Positions 6,728 to 16,090 of a stretch of 62,944 nt of DNA are shown piece after piece. The notes beneath the pieces are model-generated. The model searched no databases, had not been told where the DNA came from, and saw nothing but the letters and a program-made list of their open reading frames with translations. The translations under genes and the position numbers were made by a program. Each line of letters opens with the position of its first letter. The first letter of the stretch is position 1. The stretch spans positions 1-62,944 of the IMG/VR virus record IMGVR_UViG_3300025889_000118; one strand, given 5' to 3'. Source of the DNA: a virus. Taxonomy: Duplodnaviria; Caudoviricetes.

Positions 6728-8161
6728 ATGAAAGCAACACAAGAACAAATAGCAATATACGAAGAAATAGAAAATACGCAAAACCATGTAGTGATTAATG
6801 CAGGTGCGGGAACAGGAAAGACAACAACAATTGTTGAATCAGCAAACAGAATTAACTGTAATGCTGCGTTTCTTGCATTTAACAAATCAATCGCTACGGA
6901 ACTTGGAAACAAATTACCTTCTAATGTAGAAGCAAAGACTTTCCATGCTTTTGGTTTTGCCGCACTTAGAAATGCTGGTATTAAAACGAAAGTAAATAAC
7001 AGAAAGAGCCACCAAGTAATTCAAGAACTTCTTGGTAAAGATTACTATACGGCTCCTTTATCTAAACTCATTAGTTTGGTAAAAGGTAGTTTAGTAGATG
7101 GTAAAGATGTTAAATCAATTAGAAGATTAATTGATGAATATAATATTTCATTTGAGTCGCATAGAGAAGAAGAACAGGCAATTTTAGCAATACCTTCTGT
7201 TCTAACTTTGATGAAAACACAAACCCATCATATTGATTTTGATGATATGGTTTGGCTACCTATTGTAAATAACTACTCACTTCCAACCTATGACATGGTT
7301 TTCGTAGATGAGGCTCAAGACTTCAATGAAGTCCAAAGAGAACTTATTCTAAGAGTTGTTAATGGTGGAAGATGTATTATTGTTGGTGATAAGAACCAAG
7401 CAATTTACGGATTTAGAGGAGCAGATAGCAATTCAATTGCTATGTTTGTTAAGCGATTAGAACAAAGCGATAGGCAAATCACACAACTTCCTTTGAGTAT
7501 TTCTTGGAGATGTCCTAAAGAAGTTGTAAAAGAAGCAAACAGATATGTTGCTCAGTTTAGTTGTCCTGAAACGGCAATTCAAGGGGCAGTATTTGAAAAT
7601 GCTCAATTCAACCCACAGGCAGAAGATATGGTGCTTTGTAGATATAATGCACCGTTAGTATCTGCTTTCTATGATTTAATCAGTGAGGGCAAATCAGCCT
7701 ACATTCTTGGTAGGGATATGACAAAGGGGCTAATTAAAGCCGTTCAAAAGATTACTAAGAATAACCACATGGGCGTAGAAGAATTCAGACAATTGTTCCT
7801 TCAAGACTTTGAATTCACTTATGCTAAACTGGTAAAAGATGACAAGTTAAATCAAGCCTACGCTCTTGAAGATAAGAAAGATTGTATTCTAATCTTCACT
7901 CATAAAGCCACAACTGTTGGTGGAATTATTGAAGAAATCAAGCGTGTGTTTGATGGTAATGATAACGGAGAAATTATGCTTTCTACCGTTCACAAGGCTA
8001 AGGGTCTTGAAGCAAACAATGTATATATTCTCGCAACTGAAAGGATGCCTCATCCAAAAGGAACTCTTGAGGAAAACAACATCTGCTATGTTGCGATAAC
8101 AAGGGCTAAAAAGAATTTATTCTATTGTGGCCCAAAACCAAGTAAAATAGGAGGAATATAA
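6728..8161 (+). CDS. UvrD/Rep-like SF1 helicase
   Basis: AGAGTGKT, VDEAQD, VGDKNQAIYGFRGAD, STVHKAKGLE, YVAITRAK. Confidence 0.95.
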   Translation: MKATQEQIAIYEEIENTQNHVVINAGAGTGKTTTIVESANRINCNAAFLAFNKSIATELGNKLPSNVEAKTFHAFGFAALRNAGIKTKVNNRKSHQVIQELLGKDYYTAPLSKLISLVKGSLVDGKDVKSIRRLIDEYNISFESHREEEQAILAIPSVLTLMKTQTHHIDFDDMVWLPIVNNYSLPTYDMVFVDEAQDFNEVQRELILRVVNGGRCIIVGDKNQAIYGFRGADSNSIAMFVKRLEQSDRQITQLPLSISWRCPKEVVKEANRYVAQFSCPETAIQGAVFENAQFNPQAEDMVLCRYNAPLVSAFYDLISEGKSAYILGRDMTKGLIKAVQKITKNNHMGVEEFRQLFLQDFEFTYAKLVKDDKLNQAYALEDKKDCILIFTHKATTVGGIIEEIKRVFDGNDNGEIMLSTVHKAKGLEANNVYILATERMPHPKGTLEENNICYVAITRAKKNLFYCGPKPSKIGGI

Positions 8162-8162
8162 A

Positions 8163-8456
8163 ATGACTATGAAAAGAGATGAAATAAAACAAGTAAGTGT
8201 ATGGGAACTACAATTGAATGAGTTTCTCGCCATTCCCGAATGGCAAGAGGCTTTTGAAAGAGTGTTCCCGAATGAAGAAGGCGTTAATGAGGAACAATTT
8301 TTAGAAGACCTTGTTGATGAGATTGGTGAATATGAAGTCTTTGAAACTATTCTCAATGAAGATGACAGAATTTGGTCACTTGATTGGGCTGATGAAGACG
8401 ATATTGACAGTCCTATGAGAATTATTCAATGGGAAATTAGAAGCGAAGAGGAATAA
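8163..8456 (+). CDS. Acidic hypothetical protein
   Basis: GGAGG RBS; part of the operon. Confidence 0.75.
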   Translation: MTMKRDEIKQVSVWELQLNEFLAIPEWQEAFERVFPNEEGVNEEQFLEDLVDEIGEYEVFETILNEDDRIWSLDWADEDDIDSPMRIIQWEIRSEEE

Positions 8457-8459
8457 AAT

Positions 8460-8801
8460 ATGGGATATAGAAGTGAAGTGTTAATAGTAACTGATTTAAT
8501 CAATCAAGAGTTAGTCGAGATTTTAGAAAACGAAAACGACTATTCGGAAAAGTTGCAATTCCAAATAACTGATGTTAGGACAAATAAAGAAATTGATTGT
8601 CTTATGATAAAGTGGGATTATGCCAAGTGGTATGATGGCTACGAAGATGTTGATAGAATAATGAATGCTATTAACAAAATAGAAGATGAAGATTCTTTTG
8701 GATTTATTAGAATCGGTGAAGAATTTGTTGATGTTGAAGTTATAGGCAACCCTTATGACTTTAATTATGTAATAACAAGAAAAATAGAGTGTGTGGTGTA
8801 A
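8460..8801 (+). CDS. Conserved phage hypothetical protein
   Basis: MGYRSEV...KWY...FIRIGEE pattern. Confidence 0.8.
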   Translation: MGYRSEVLIVTDLINQELVEILENENDYSEKLQFQITDVRTNKEIDCLMIKWDYAKWYDGYEDVDRIMNAINKIEDEDSFGFIRIGEEFVDVEVIGNPYDFNYVITRKIECVV

Positions 8802-8805
8802 TAAT

Positions 8806-9015
8806 ATGTGTAATCATGAAAATTATGAAATGGTCGGTGACGATTATTATACAAATGCAAATCAAGATTTGGTAGAAGTGACTAAATTCTTATGTTTAGA
8901 TTGTGGATTAGAAGGCTACAAAGAAGTAGTCTATCCTGTAAATGTGACATGGAAAGACCCTTACCAAACAAAACTTTTGGTGAGGAAAGGTGAAAGTGAA
9001 GGAAACGAAAACTAA
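8806..9015 (+). CDS. Small Zn-binding hypothetical protein
   Basis: MCNH...CLDCG. Confidence 0.6.
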   Translation: MCNHENYEMVGDDYYTNANQDLVEVTKFLCLDCGLEGYKEVVYPVNVTWKDPYQTKLLVRKGESEGNEN

Positions 9016-9153
9016 CCCTCACATTTGGAAGACAGATTATCTTAACTTAGATGTAAAGATAGCAGAAAAAAGAAAAGAATATTGTAGATTACAGACCAAA
9101 CTTGGTCGTAAAGATTCTTACGATATTTTCTTAGAAGCAAAGAGGAGATACAA

Positions 9154-9285
9154 ATGAAATATGAGAAATTAAAATGTAAAAACGGCCATGCTAAACTAGC
9201 GGCAACCATAATTAACAAAGAAGAAAATTGGGTAGAGATTTACTGCCCTACTTGTTGCTATACCATTTGGTATAATGGAGCATGA
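9154..9285 (+). CDS. Zn-ribbon micro-protein
   Basis: CKNGH...CPTC; AGGAG RBS; translated by hand. Confidence 0.6.
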   Translation: MKYEKLKCKNGHAKLAATIINKEENWVEIYCPTCCYTIWYNGA

Positions 9286-9289
9286 TAGT

Positions 9290-9925
9290 ATGAATATATT
9301 CGCACTATCAAAAAGCCCGCTGAAATCAGCACAACAAATGATAAACAAGCATGTAGTAAAAATGCCGACAGAAACTTGTCAAATGCTACATACTAATGCT
9401 CTATACTTTGAGTATGTAGATGCTTACAATAATGAACCTACGCTGAAAGAACTAAAACAGTTTCACAAAGAAACAAATTCTATCTTAATGAAACCTGCCA
9501 TGTTGAATCATCCTTCAACTATTTGGGCAAGGCGAACTAAAGATAATGGAACTTGGTTATACCATCATGGATTATCTCTATGTTGGGAATATACTCACAG
9601 ATATGGTAAAGAACATGGTTCGTATAGAAGAATTAGAGCAGTAGATGAAGTATATCTTTCGGGTGACTGGAAACAAGCAACGCCCGTAACTATTGCTATG
9701 GATGACTCTTATCGCATCGAAAATACTTTTTCAGATGCATGGGAATTTGTAATTCAGTCTTATCGTCATTATTACCTTGAAGGTAAGTGGCGTTTTGCTG
9801 AATGGTATAAGAATCGCAGACCCAATTGGTTTCCAAACAATTGGTATGCAGTAAAGTATAACGAAGGGGTTAGGAGATATAATGCGTCTTTTCCTAAATA
9901 CCCTATGACGCTATTGGAGGAATAA
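9290..9925 (+). CDS. Pyrimidine-dimer glycosylase/T4 endonuclease V-like family protein
   Basis: MNIF...KHVVKMPTETCQML, NHPSTIWA, YTHRYGKEH, YRHYY. Confidence 0.75.
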   Translation: MNIFALSKSPLKSAQQMINKHVVKMPTETCQMLHTNALYFEYVDAYNNEPTLKELKQFHKETNSILMKPAMLNHPSTIWARRTKDNGTWLYHHGLSLCWEYTHRYGKEHGSYRRIRAVDEVYLSGDWKQATPVTIAMDDSYRIENTFSDAWEFVIQSYRHYYLEGKWRFAEWYKNRRPNWFPNNWYAVKYNEGVRRYNASFPKYPMTLLEE

Positions 9926-9927
9926 AA

Positions 9928-10032
9928 ATGAGAATAAAAATACAACACAGATGTTTAGCCTGTAATAAAATAACAAGCAAAAAACGACCATATTGTTATG
10001 GTTGTTTAACGGAATTAGGTGAAGAAGAATGA
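9928..10032 (+). CDS. Zn-finger micro-protein
   Basis: CLAC...CYGC; GGAGG RBS. Confidence 0.6.
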   Translation: MRIKIQHRCLACNKITSKKRPYCYGCLTELGEEE

Positions 10033-10322
10033 CTTGCGAATGTGACGGAAGCGGTTGGTATTTACAAGCAAATTATCACCATGAAGTTATGGAGTGGGTT
10101 CAATGCTACTCCTGTTTAGCAGAAGAAAAAGAAAAGCAAGACTTGAGTTTAGCCTGTTCTAAGTTATTAAAACAAGCAAGCCATGAAAAACTATGTTTTA
10201 TTTTAGGTGATTTCTTAGTATCTCACTTTGAGAAAAGTGATGACTTAAATAGGCTAAATGAAATGGTAGATTCAAAGGACTTCGTGAATCTTATGACCTA
10301 CTTAGAAGTCCACTTACAATGA
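10029..10322 (+). CDS. Hypothetical Zn-binding protein
   Basis: CECDGSG...CYSC. Confidence 0.7.
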   Translation: MTCECDGSGWYLQANYHHEVMEWVQCYSCLAEEKEKQDLSLACSKLLKQASHEKLCFILGDFLVSHFEKSDDLNRLNEMVDSKDFVNLMTYLEVHLQ

Positions 10323-10331
10323 GGAATAAAA

Positions 10332-10574
10332 ATGAATGTAGAATTTAGATTAGTAAATACGCCCGAATTACCGCCAATTGTCATCAGTCAAAATGAGGCT
10401 GATGAGCCTAAAGTTGTGATAAACACTTATCATAGGCTTTGGATTAGTTTGAATAGGCGAACTATTGCTGGCATTATTGAAGCCTTGCAGGAAAAAATGG
10501 ATATGGTTTTGACAGGTTATCTCCAAGAACAATATGCCTTTGAACAAGAAGATAAAATGTTTAATGAGGAATAA
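10332..10574 (+). CDS. Hypothetical protein
   Basis: RBS; part of the operon. Confidence 0.75.
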   Translation: MNVEFRLVNTPELPPIVISQNEADEPKVVINTYHRLWISLNRRTIAGIIEALQEKMDMVLTGYLQEQYAFEQEDKMFNEE

Positions 10575-10576
10575 AA

Positions 10577-10987
10577 ATGTTAGTTAAGTGTGAAAAATGT
10601 GGTGTAGAATTTCGACCCCGTTCTTTACTTTGGGCAAAGAATCAAAGAAGAATTAAATGCGATACTTGTTATAATAAAAATAAAACTCCTAAAATGTTAA
10701 AATCTTTGAATGTAGATACACAGAACATTATTATGTCTTTAGAAGATAGAATTGATAGAGTTGAAGAAAAAGCAAATATGATTGATGTTATTGTGAATAC
10801 AATTATTCAAGATAAAATGACTGAAATGGAAAGTAAGTTAAAGAAAATAACAGAAGAAATTATTGAAAATGCTCATATTACTATTAATGAACATTTAGAT
10901 AAAGAATTTGAAAAGAGGTTTGAAAAACTACAAAAACAAATTATTACACTTAATAATAAAATAATAAAAATAGAGGAATCAAAATGA
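10577..10987 (+). CDS. Zn-finger plus coiled-coil protein
   Basis: CEKC...CDTC followed by heptad repeats. Confidence 0.75.
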   Translation: MLVKCEKCGVEFRPRSLLWAKNQRRIKCDTCYNKNKTPKMLKSLNVDTQNIIMSLEDRIDRVEEKANMIDVIVNTIIQDKMTEMESKLKKITEEIIENAHITINEHLDKEFEKRFEKLQKQIITLNNKIIKIEESK

Positions 10988-12267
10988 GAGAATTAGGAAC
11001 AGGTCATTGGGATAGAAAACTGATGGAACGGATGGTTGAATTATCTGTTGCTGATAACTATGAAGAGGCTAAAGAAGAATGGATTGCTACGGGCGAAGTA
11101 TGGTGGAGAGGAAATGGTGATATTCCCGAATGGGTTTCATCAAATAATCATCCCGAATATTGTCTATGCGGTCACGGTATTGTCTATCATTTTCATATTC
11201 TAAATACTGAAAATGGTCATGAGGATATTGTTGGTAGTGACCATATCAATTCATACTTGATTATGAGGCAAATTGCACAGGAAAAGAAAGTTGATATTGG
11301 AACAGTCACAGAAGAAGAAGTAGAACGCTGGCTAAAAGTTAGAGTTGGTTCTATGAAAGCAGAAGCATGGTGGAAAGTTAATGGTGATTCTTTTCAGCAA
11401 ATGTTTGACAAAGTGAAAGAATTAGATTGTTGGTTAAATGCTTATGAAAGGGATTGGGTGTATAAACATGATACTCAATGGAATGAACCCATTAGAGTTC
11501 TAAGGAAAAAAGGAAAAGGAACTCCATTTACTGATAATTACCGAATGGCTTCAATTGTTTGGAGATGGAATCATCCCGATAATCCAAAGAATCAATTTAC
11601 TGTTCATGGCTACCCTAATGACAAATTGATGCAAGATTTGTCTTTATTATTTGTTCAATCCGACCCTCTTCTTGAGAAATTTCACGCTTACAAAGAGAAA
11701 AGAAAGGCAAGAGTAGAAGAAGTAGCCCGTATGCGAGCAGAAAGAGAAGAACGACAACGCTTGGCTCGTATTGAAAGAGAAGCAAGAATGGAAAGAGAAA
11801 GGCTCGAAAGAGAAGCAATCCAAGCAGAAAAACTTCGCATCTATAATCTTCCCGAAAATGTAGAAAAGAGAAGATTAGAGGCCGAAAGAAGAGAAGCAGA
11901 ACGCTTAGAAAGAGAAGAACATATAAGAATTGCAAACGAAAAAGCGGAGGCTGAACGAATTAGAGTAATGAATTTAACTTTTGATTCTGAACCAAACGAG
12001 TTTCTTATCAATAATCTACAATTAGCAGGACTACCTATGCTTTCAAGAAGAGTATGTGAAGATATGAATGATTTAAGAGTCATTAGTTCTATCATGGCGG
12101 CTTTATCTAATGCAAATAAAGACCCTTCGGACTATTTTAGAAACTTAAGAGCAATTATGTTTGCATATCCAACAGTTGAACAAGTAGAGTTGATTAAAGA
12201 GTTGGGTTTAGAAGTGCCAAAAAATAGATTAGAAGCAGAACAACTATTACAGGAGAGAGAATTATGA
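10984..12267 (+). CDS. Hypothetical protein with Zn-binding domain and E/R-rich helix
   Basis: CLCGH...VGSDHI motif; long ER-rich segment. Confidence 0.85.
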   Translation: MRELGTGHWDRKLMERMVELSVADNYEEAKEEWIATGEVWWRGNGDIPEWVSSNNHPEYCLCGHGIVYHFHILNTENGHEDIVGSDHINSYLIMRQIAQEKKVDIGTVTEEEVERWLKVRVGSMKAEAWWKVNGDSFQQMFDKVKELDCWLNAYERDWVYKHDTQWNEPIRVLRKKGKGTPFTDNYRMASIVWRWNHPDNPKNQFTVHGYPNDKLMQDLSLLFVQSDPLLEKFHAYKEKRKARVEEVARMRAEREERQRLARIEREARMERERLEREAIQAEKLRIYNLPENVEKRRLEAERREAERLEREEHIRIANEKAEAERIRVMNLTFDSEPNEFLINNLQLAGLPMLSRRVCEDMNDLRVISSIMAALSNANKDPSDYFRNLRAIMFAYPTVEQVELIKELGLEVPKNRLEAEQLLQEREL

Positions 12268-12449
12268 ATGAAACAGAAATAGATTTTACTAAAATTAAAA
12301 ACAATATTAAGCAATTCAATAAAGGGTTGTTGAAGGTTGGTGGTAAATTGGTTAAATTTACTGCTATTACTTCAATAGGATTAGCCACAGGACTGATAGG
12401 AATAGGTCTTTTGGAAAAAATAAATGAACAGGATTACCCTCTCGAATAG
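12264..12449 (+). CDS. Small membrane-associated protein
   Basis: Hydrophobic AITSIGLATGLIGIGLL. Confidence 0.6.
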   Translation: MNETEIDFTKIKNNIKQFNKGLLKVGGKLVKFTAITSIGLATGLIGIGLLEKINEQDYPLE

Positions 12450-12462
12450 GGTGATTTAAATA
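12447..12462 (+). promoter_or_regulatory. Archaeal TATA-box promoter TAGGGTGATTTAAATA
   Basis: Near-identical to 5522-5537; 40 nt upstream of the Ubl gene. Confidence 0.6.
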
Positions 12463-12501
12463 TAGCAAGGAATGTAGGAGAATACAACAGGAAGTGAAAA
12501 T

Positions 12502-12708
12502 ATGATTAAACTAAGAATTTTGAATGAAACAGGACACACAGAACTGATGCTTTCGGGCTCAGAAATTATTGAGCAAATTGACCGCCACCCGACCCATTGG
12601 TGTTTTATTGATGGAGAAATGGTAGCAAGGGAAGATATTACAGAAATCAATTGGGATGATGTCACATCAGTAGATTTGACTCCCGCTATTGTAGGAGGAG
12701 ACTACTAA
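12502..12708 (+). CDS. Ubiquitin-like (ThiS/MoaD/SAMP beta-grasp) protein with a GG-DY C-terminus
   Basis: 68 aa; MIKLRI first strand, FIDGEMV, VDLTPAIVGG then DY. Confidence 0.8.
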   Translation: MIKLRILNETGHTELMLSGSEIIEQIDRHPTHWCFIDGEMVAREDITEINWDDVTSVDLTPAIVGGDY

Positions 12709-12786
12709 TCTTAGATTAGTGTCTCCTTTTTCCTTGCAAACTTTCGGGGGAGTCGTTGTTTCCTATCCAACGGCTTCCCCTTTTTT
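12696..12786 (+). terminator. Tandem hairpin plus T-tract terminators
   Basis: ggagac-t-actaatct/agattagt-gtctcc then TTTTT; ggggagtcgttg/caacggcttcccc then a T run. Confidence 0.7.
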
Positions 12787-13175
12787 GGGTGATGTCACTC
12801 GATAAAATGGTTTTTATTGAAGAACCCACCCTTCAACTTTTTATGAGTCAATTTGATTGGAAAGTTGTAAAACCCAAATTACACAATAATTTAGTTATAT
12901 TCAAAGCAGACTTTTATGATGATGGTCATGTCTTTGCCATAGATGGTAAAGGTAAATGGGCGTTTTGTAGCGGTAATAGTCTTATCAAATATAAGAATGA
13001 AACCTTTAATTCAGTAGAAAAAATACTTGAGAGGTATGGAAATGATTGTATCAATGATTATGCTAATTGGGAATTTCTTGAAGAAAAAGAATGGGTAGTT
13101 ACAAAACATACCTGCCAGTTCTTAGGTTCTTTTAGTTCCTTAGATACAGTTCGTAAAAGTAGCAAATACAGGTGA
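12756..13175 (+). CDS. Hypothetical protein (true start probably about 12792)
   Basis: ORF; GGGTG before MSLDK. Confidence 0.65.
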   Translation: MFPIQRLPLFWVMSLDKMVFIEEPTLQLFMSQFDWKVVKPKLHNNLVIFKADFYDDGHVFAIDGKGKWAFCSGNSLIKYKNETFNSVEKILERYGNDCINDYANWEFLEEKEWVVTKHTCQFLGSFSSLDTVRKSSKYR

Positions 13176-13179
13176 TATT

Positions 13180-13518
13180 TTGTTAGGCAAAATATCATAT
13201 TCTGAATTTCTTGAGGCTCTTGTTCTCTTTATGAAGGAATTTGATAATGTATCTATAAACGACTTGGGGCAATCGTATCGTATTGCCTCTCTCTACGAAG
13301 ATAGAGAAAAAAAATTTATTTTAAAAACTAAATTATACGATATATTTTGGAAAATACCAAAAGCAATAGAAGATGGTTTTAATGTTTATTTAGAAAACAA
13401 AATAGACTATTATTACCATTTATCTAAATACCATATGAACAATTGCGAAGGTTATTGTGACATTTGCAAATTAAGAATTAAAAACTATGACTATTTATTT
13501 CACGGAGGAATAGAATGA
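13180..13518 (+). CDS. Hypothetical protein with HxxxCxxxCxxC
   Basis: TTG start after AGGTGA. Confidence 0.65.
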   Translation: MLGKISYSEFLEALVLFMKEFDNVSINDLGQSYRIASLYEDREKKFILKTKLYDIFWKIPKAIEDGFNVYLENKIDYYYHLSKYHMNNCEGYCDICKLRIKNYDYLFHGGIE

Positions 13519-13676
13519 AAGAAAAAGACCCCAAACATACTATAAATAACAGGCGTAATAGCCAAGTAGCGACCCAATGTAGAATATGCGGTGGAAAATT
13601 ATACACACCACAGGATATGAAAATAGAAATGCACGAATCTTGCAATAAAGATAATAAAAATATATATTTGATGTGA
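13515..13676 (+). CDS. Zn-finger micro-protein
   Basis: CRICG...HESC; GGAGG RBS. Confidence 0.6.
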   Translation: MKEKDPKHTINNRRNSQVATQCRICGGKLYTPQDMKIEMHESCNKDNKNIYLM

Positions 13677-13680
13677 TTAA

Positions 13681-14835
13681 ATGAATTTAAGAATAAGAAA
13701 ACCAGATGATAGCCATACTTTTTGGGAAACAGAAGTAGCCCTTAACGGACATATTTCTAATCGAACTGTTAGTATTAGCGGAATTTTGAACGCTAAAGAC
13801 CCTATTCATGAGGGGCTAAAACAACTACTTCAACGGTCTATTTCTGACCGTAGAGGGCAGAAGTTGTTCTATGGCCTTAGACAAGGAGATAACACTCTTA
13901 TGATTGGCGAGACTCCTTTTTTAATACATAAAAGTTCTCGCTATTATATTAACGGCCAACTAATGAAATTAGAAGAAATGTGCCATGCTCTCGCAAGAGT
14001 TTTGTTTAAGAGTTGTTTTGAAAAAGACCCTGCTAAATTATTACCTTACTTGTATTCTACGATGCAACTACCCGAATCAGTGAAGTATGTTATTGAGAAT
14101 AGAGTTCCATATTTCTTTTATGATGCATTTGATAGACATGATGTTAGACTAAATGTTCAGCAAATTTCTGATGAAGAATGTGCTATTGAAATAGGAGATG
14201 GAGTTTGGGGAAATATCACAGTGAGAGATTTAGAGTCATTTTGCAGGTTCTATGTTTCTCAAAAGAAAAGCAAATGGGAGTATATTTCTCCACAGAATCT
14301 TTATGAAAGACTTATTGGTAGAAAACCAAGCGTTTCAGATACGAAGGTTTTAGTCGCCTTTCTAAAACAGAATAGAAAAGAGGCTATTGTTGAAGAAAGA
14401 GCAGAACAACTGGTAAAAGAAATGTTAGAACAATATTCTGACAGGCTAAGAGCAGAATTTAAAGACGGCAAACTAAGTGATTTGTTTATCAAAGGAAACA
14501 GATTTGATTGGAAATTATCTCATAGAGGGGGAGGTGGTGGAACACAGAATGTTTCTACTTTCATTCATCAACCTTTAAGACAAAAGGTTCTCGATGACGA
14601 GGGTAAGGCCTTGAAAGATGAAGAAGGTAACTATATTACAACATTGTCCGAATATGATTGGAGAGGCCCAATTTGCATTGATAATATGGGCAATACTCCC
14701 GTTGGCGACCAATTCGCAAGTAGAGCATTGGCTCTATTAAATGATAATTTTACAATAAAGGCAGTTAGCACAATAAATAGTTATATTACTACTAATGAAA
14801 ATGAAAATAGAGTTGATTGGAATGAAGTGCGATGA
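13681..14835 (+). CDS. Hypothetical protein with C-terminal GPICID motif (possible E2-like Cys)
   Basis: 384-aa ORF between the Ubl and E1 genes; the CDS is secure, the function is speculative. Confidence 0.8.
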   Translation: MNLRIRKPDDSHTFWETEVALNGHISNRTVSISGILNAKDPIHEGLKQLLQRSISDRRGQKLFYGLRQGDNTLMIGETPFLIHKSSRYYINGQLMKLEEMCHALARVLFKSCFEKDPAKLLPYLYSTMQLPESVKYVIENRVPYFFYDAFDRHDVRLNVQQISDEECAIEIGDGVWGNITVRDLESFCRFYVSQKKSKWEYISPQNLYERLIGRKPSVSDTKVLVAFLKQNRKEAIVEERAEQLVKEMLEQYSDRLRAEFKDGKLSDLFIKGNRFDWKLSHRGGGGGTQNVSTFIHQPLRQKVLDDEGKALKDEEGNYITTLSEYDWRGPICIDNMGNTPVGDQFASRALALLNDNFTIKAVSTINSYITTNENENRVDWNEVR

Positions 14836-15676
14836 GTGTAATAGTTTAGATAATTACTTTGATGAGCGACTTGGTGAAAGAGTTTGTTCTTCTTGTGGAT
14901 TAGTTTTAGTCAATCATTTATTTGAAGAAACAACACATATCCTAAATTCAGTAGGAGAAGTAGTTCATAATGCTGATAATGATAAACTTGGTTCCGTAAT
15001 AACAGGAAAGGGCTCTTTCAAATACAATAGGTTTCAAAATCCAGTAGTTCCAAAACACATTACTAATGGATTGATGTATTGTAATATGGTATTAAGTAAT
15101 ATTACAACCTCTCAAGATACTAAAGATAGGGTAGAAAAAGTCTATACTGAATTGTGTTCTTCTTTAAGTAGTTTTACTCGATATACTTATGAAAATAGAG
15201 CAACTGCGGTAGTTTTCTATGTGCTAAGAGAAGCAGGAACTCCTGCTACAATGAAAGAAGTTTGTTCTGAATTCGAGGTAGAGATTAAGTTAGTTAGGAG
15301 AATATTAAGAAAAATAAATAGTTTTTACAAAAACAAATCTAATACACATATAGTAAGTCCTGTCTTTTATATGAATAAAACTGTAAATTCAATTGCTAAT
15401 GATTTATCTTTTCAGAATCAGTGCAGAATGGTTCTTGAAAAGTTTGAGTCTATTATAGCAAATAGCGACTTTAATAAAAGCAAATCTTATTATGCAAGTA
15501 TTTGTTGGATAACTTCTAATATATATGTTAGAGAATATACAAGAACATTGATTGCAGAAAAGACAGGATATAATGAAAAGTGTATCTATTTGCAAACAAA
15601 ATCACTGTTAAGTCTATTTGGGCTAAAAGATGTAAATGATGTAAAAGGTATAGATATAAATAAATTAGGTGTTTAA
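14822..15676 (+). CDS. tfb: Transcription factor B (TFIIB)-like protein
   Basis: CDEC...DERLGERVCSSCGLV Zn ribbon plus two cyclin-like repeats. Confidence 0.85.
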   Translation: MKCDECNSLDNYFDERLGERVCSSCGLVLVNHLFEETTHILNSVGEVVHNADNDKLGSVITGKGSFKYNRFQNPVVPKHITNGLMYCNMVLSNITTSQDTKDRVEKVYTELCSSLSSFTRYTYENRATAVVFYVLREAGTPATMKEVCSEFEVEIKLVRRILRKINSFYKNKSNTHIVSPVFYMNKTVNSIANDLSFQNQCRMVLEKFESIIANSDFNKSKSYYASICWITSNIYVREYTRTLIAEKTGYNEKCIYLQTKSLLSLFGLKDVNDVKGIDINKLGV

Positions 15677-15825
15677 ATGAAAGATGAAAAAAAAGTATTA
15701 ATGTGGTTGAATAAATATATTGATGATATTACTGATGTAGAAATAGATGGTGATAAACTGAGTCTATATGTTCATGGTAATTTAATTGGAATAATTACTC
15801 ACCAAAAAATAAGGAGGAAATAAAA

Positions 15826-16089
15826 ATGTTGAATAATAAAAATGGAAAATTGTATGTAGGAGATAAAGAAGTCATAAAAGGGTATGAATCGTTTAGCGGT
15901 TGGTATTGGTTTGTGACCGAAATAGAAGAAGAAGATTATGGAGGACACCCGTTGTATTTTGGATATGTTCAAGGATTTGAAGATGAATGGGGAACTTTTT
16001 GGTTGGGCGAATTACAACCACTAATTGATAAAGGTAAAGTTTGGGAAATTAATGAAGAAGATTTGTCACATGCAGGAAGGAGAGATTAA
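15826..16089 (+). CDS. DUF2958-like protein
   Basis: WYWFVTE...FGYVQGFEDEWGTFWLGEL. Confidence 0.7.
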   Translation: MLNNKNGKLYVGDKEVIKGYESFSGWYWFVTEIEEEDYGGHPLYFGYVQGFEDEWGTFWLGELQPLIDKGKVWEINEEDLSHAGRRD

Positions 16090-16090
16090 A

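Noticed and set aside
6565-6798. 77-aa ORF overlapping the helicase start
   Set aside because: No RBS, and it overlaps strongly structured sequence; more likely non-coding
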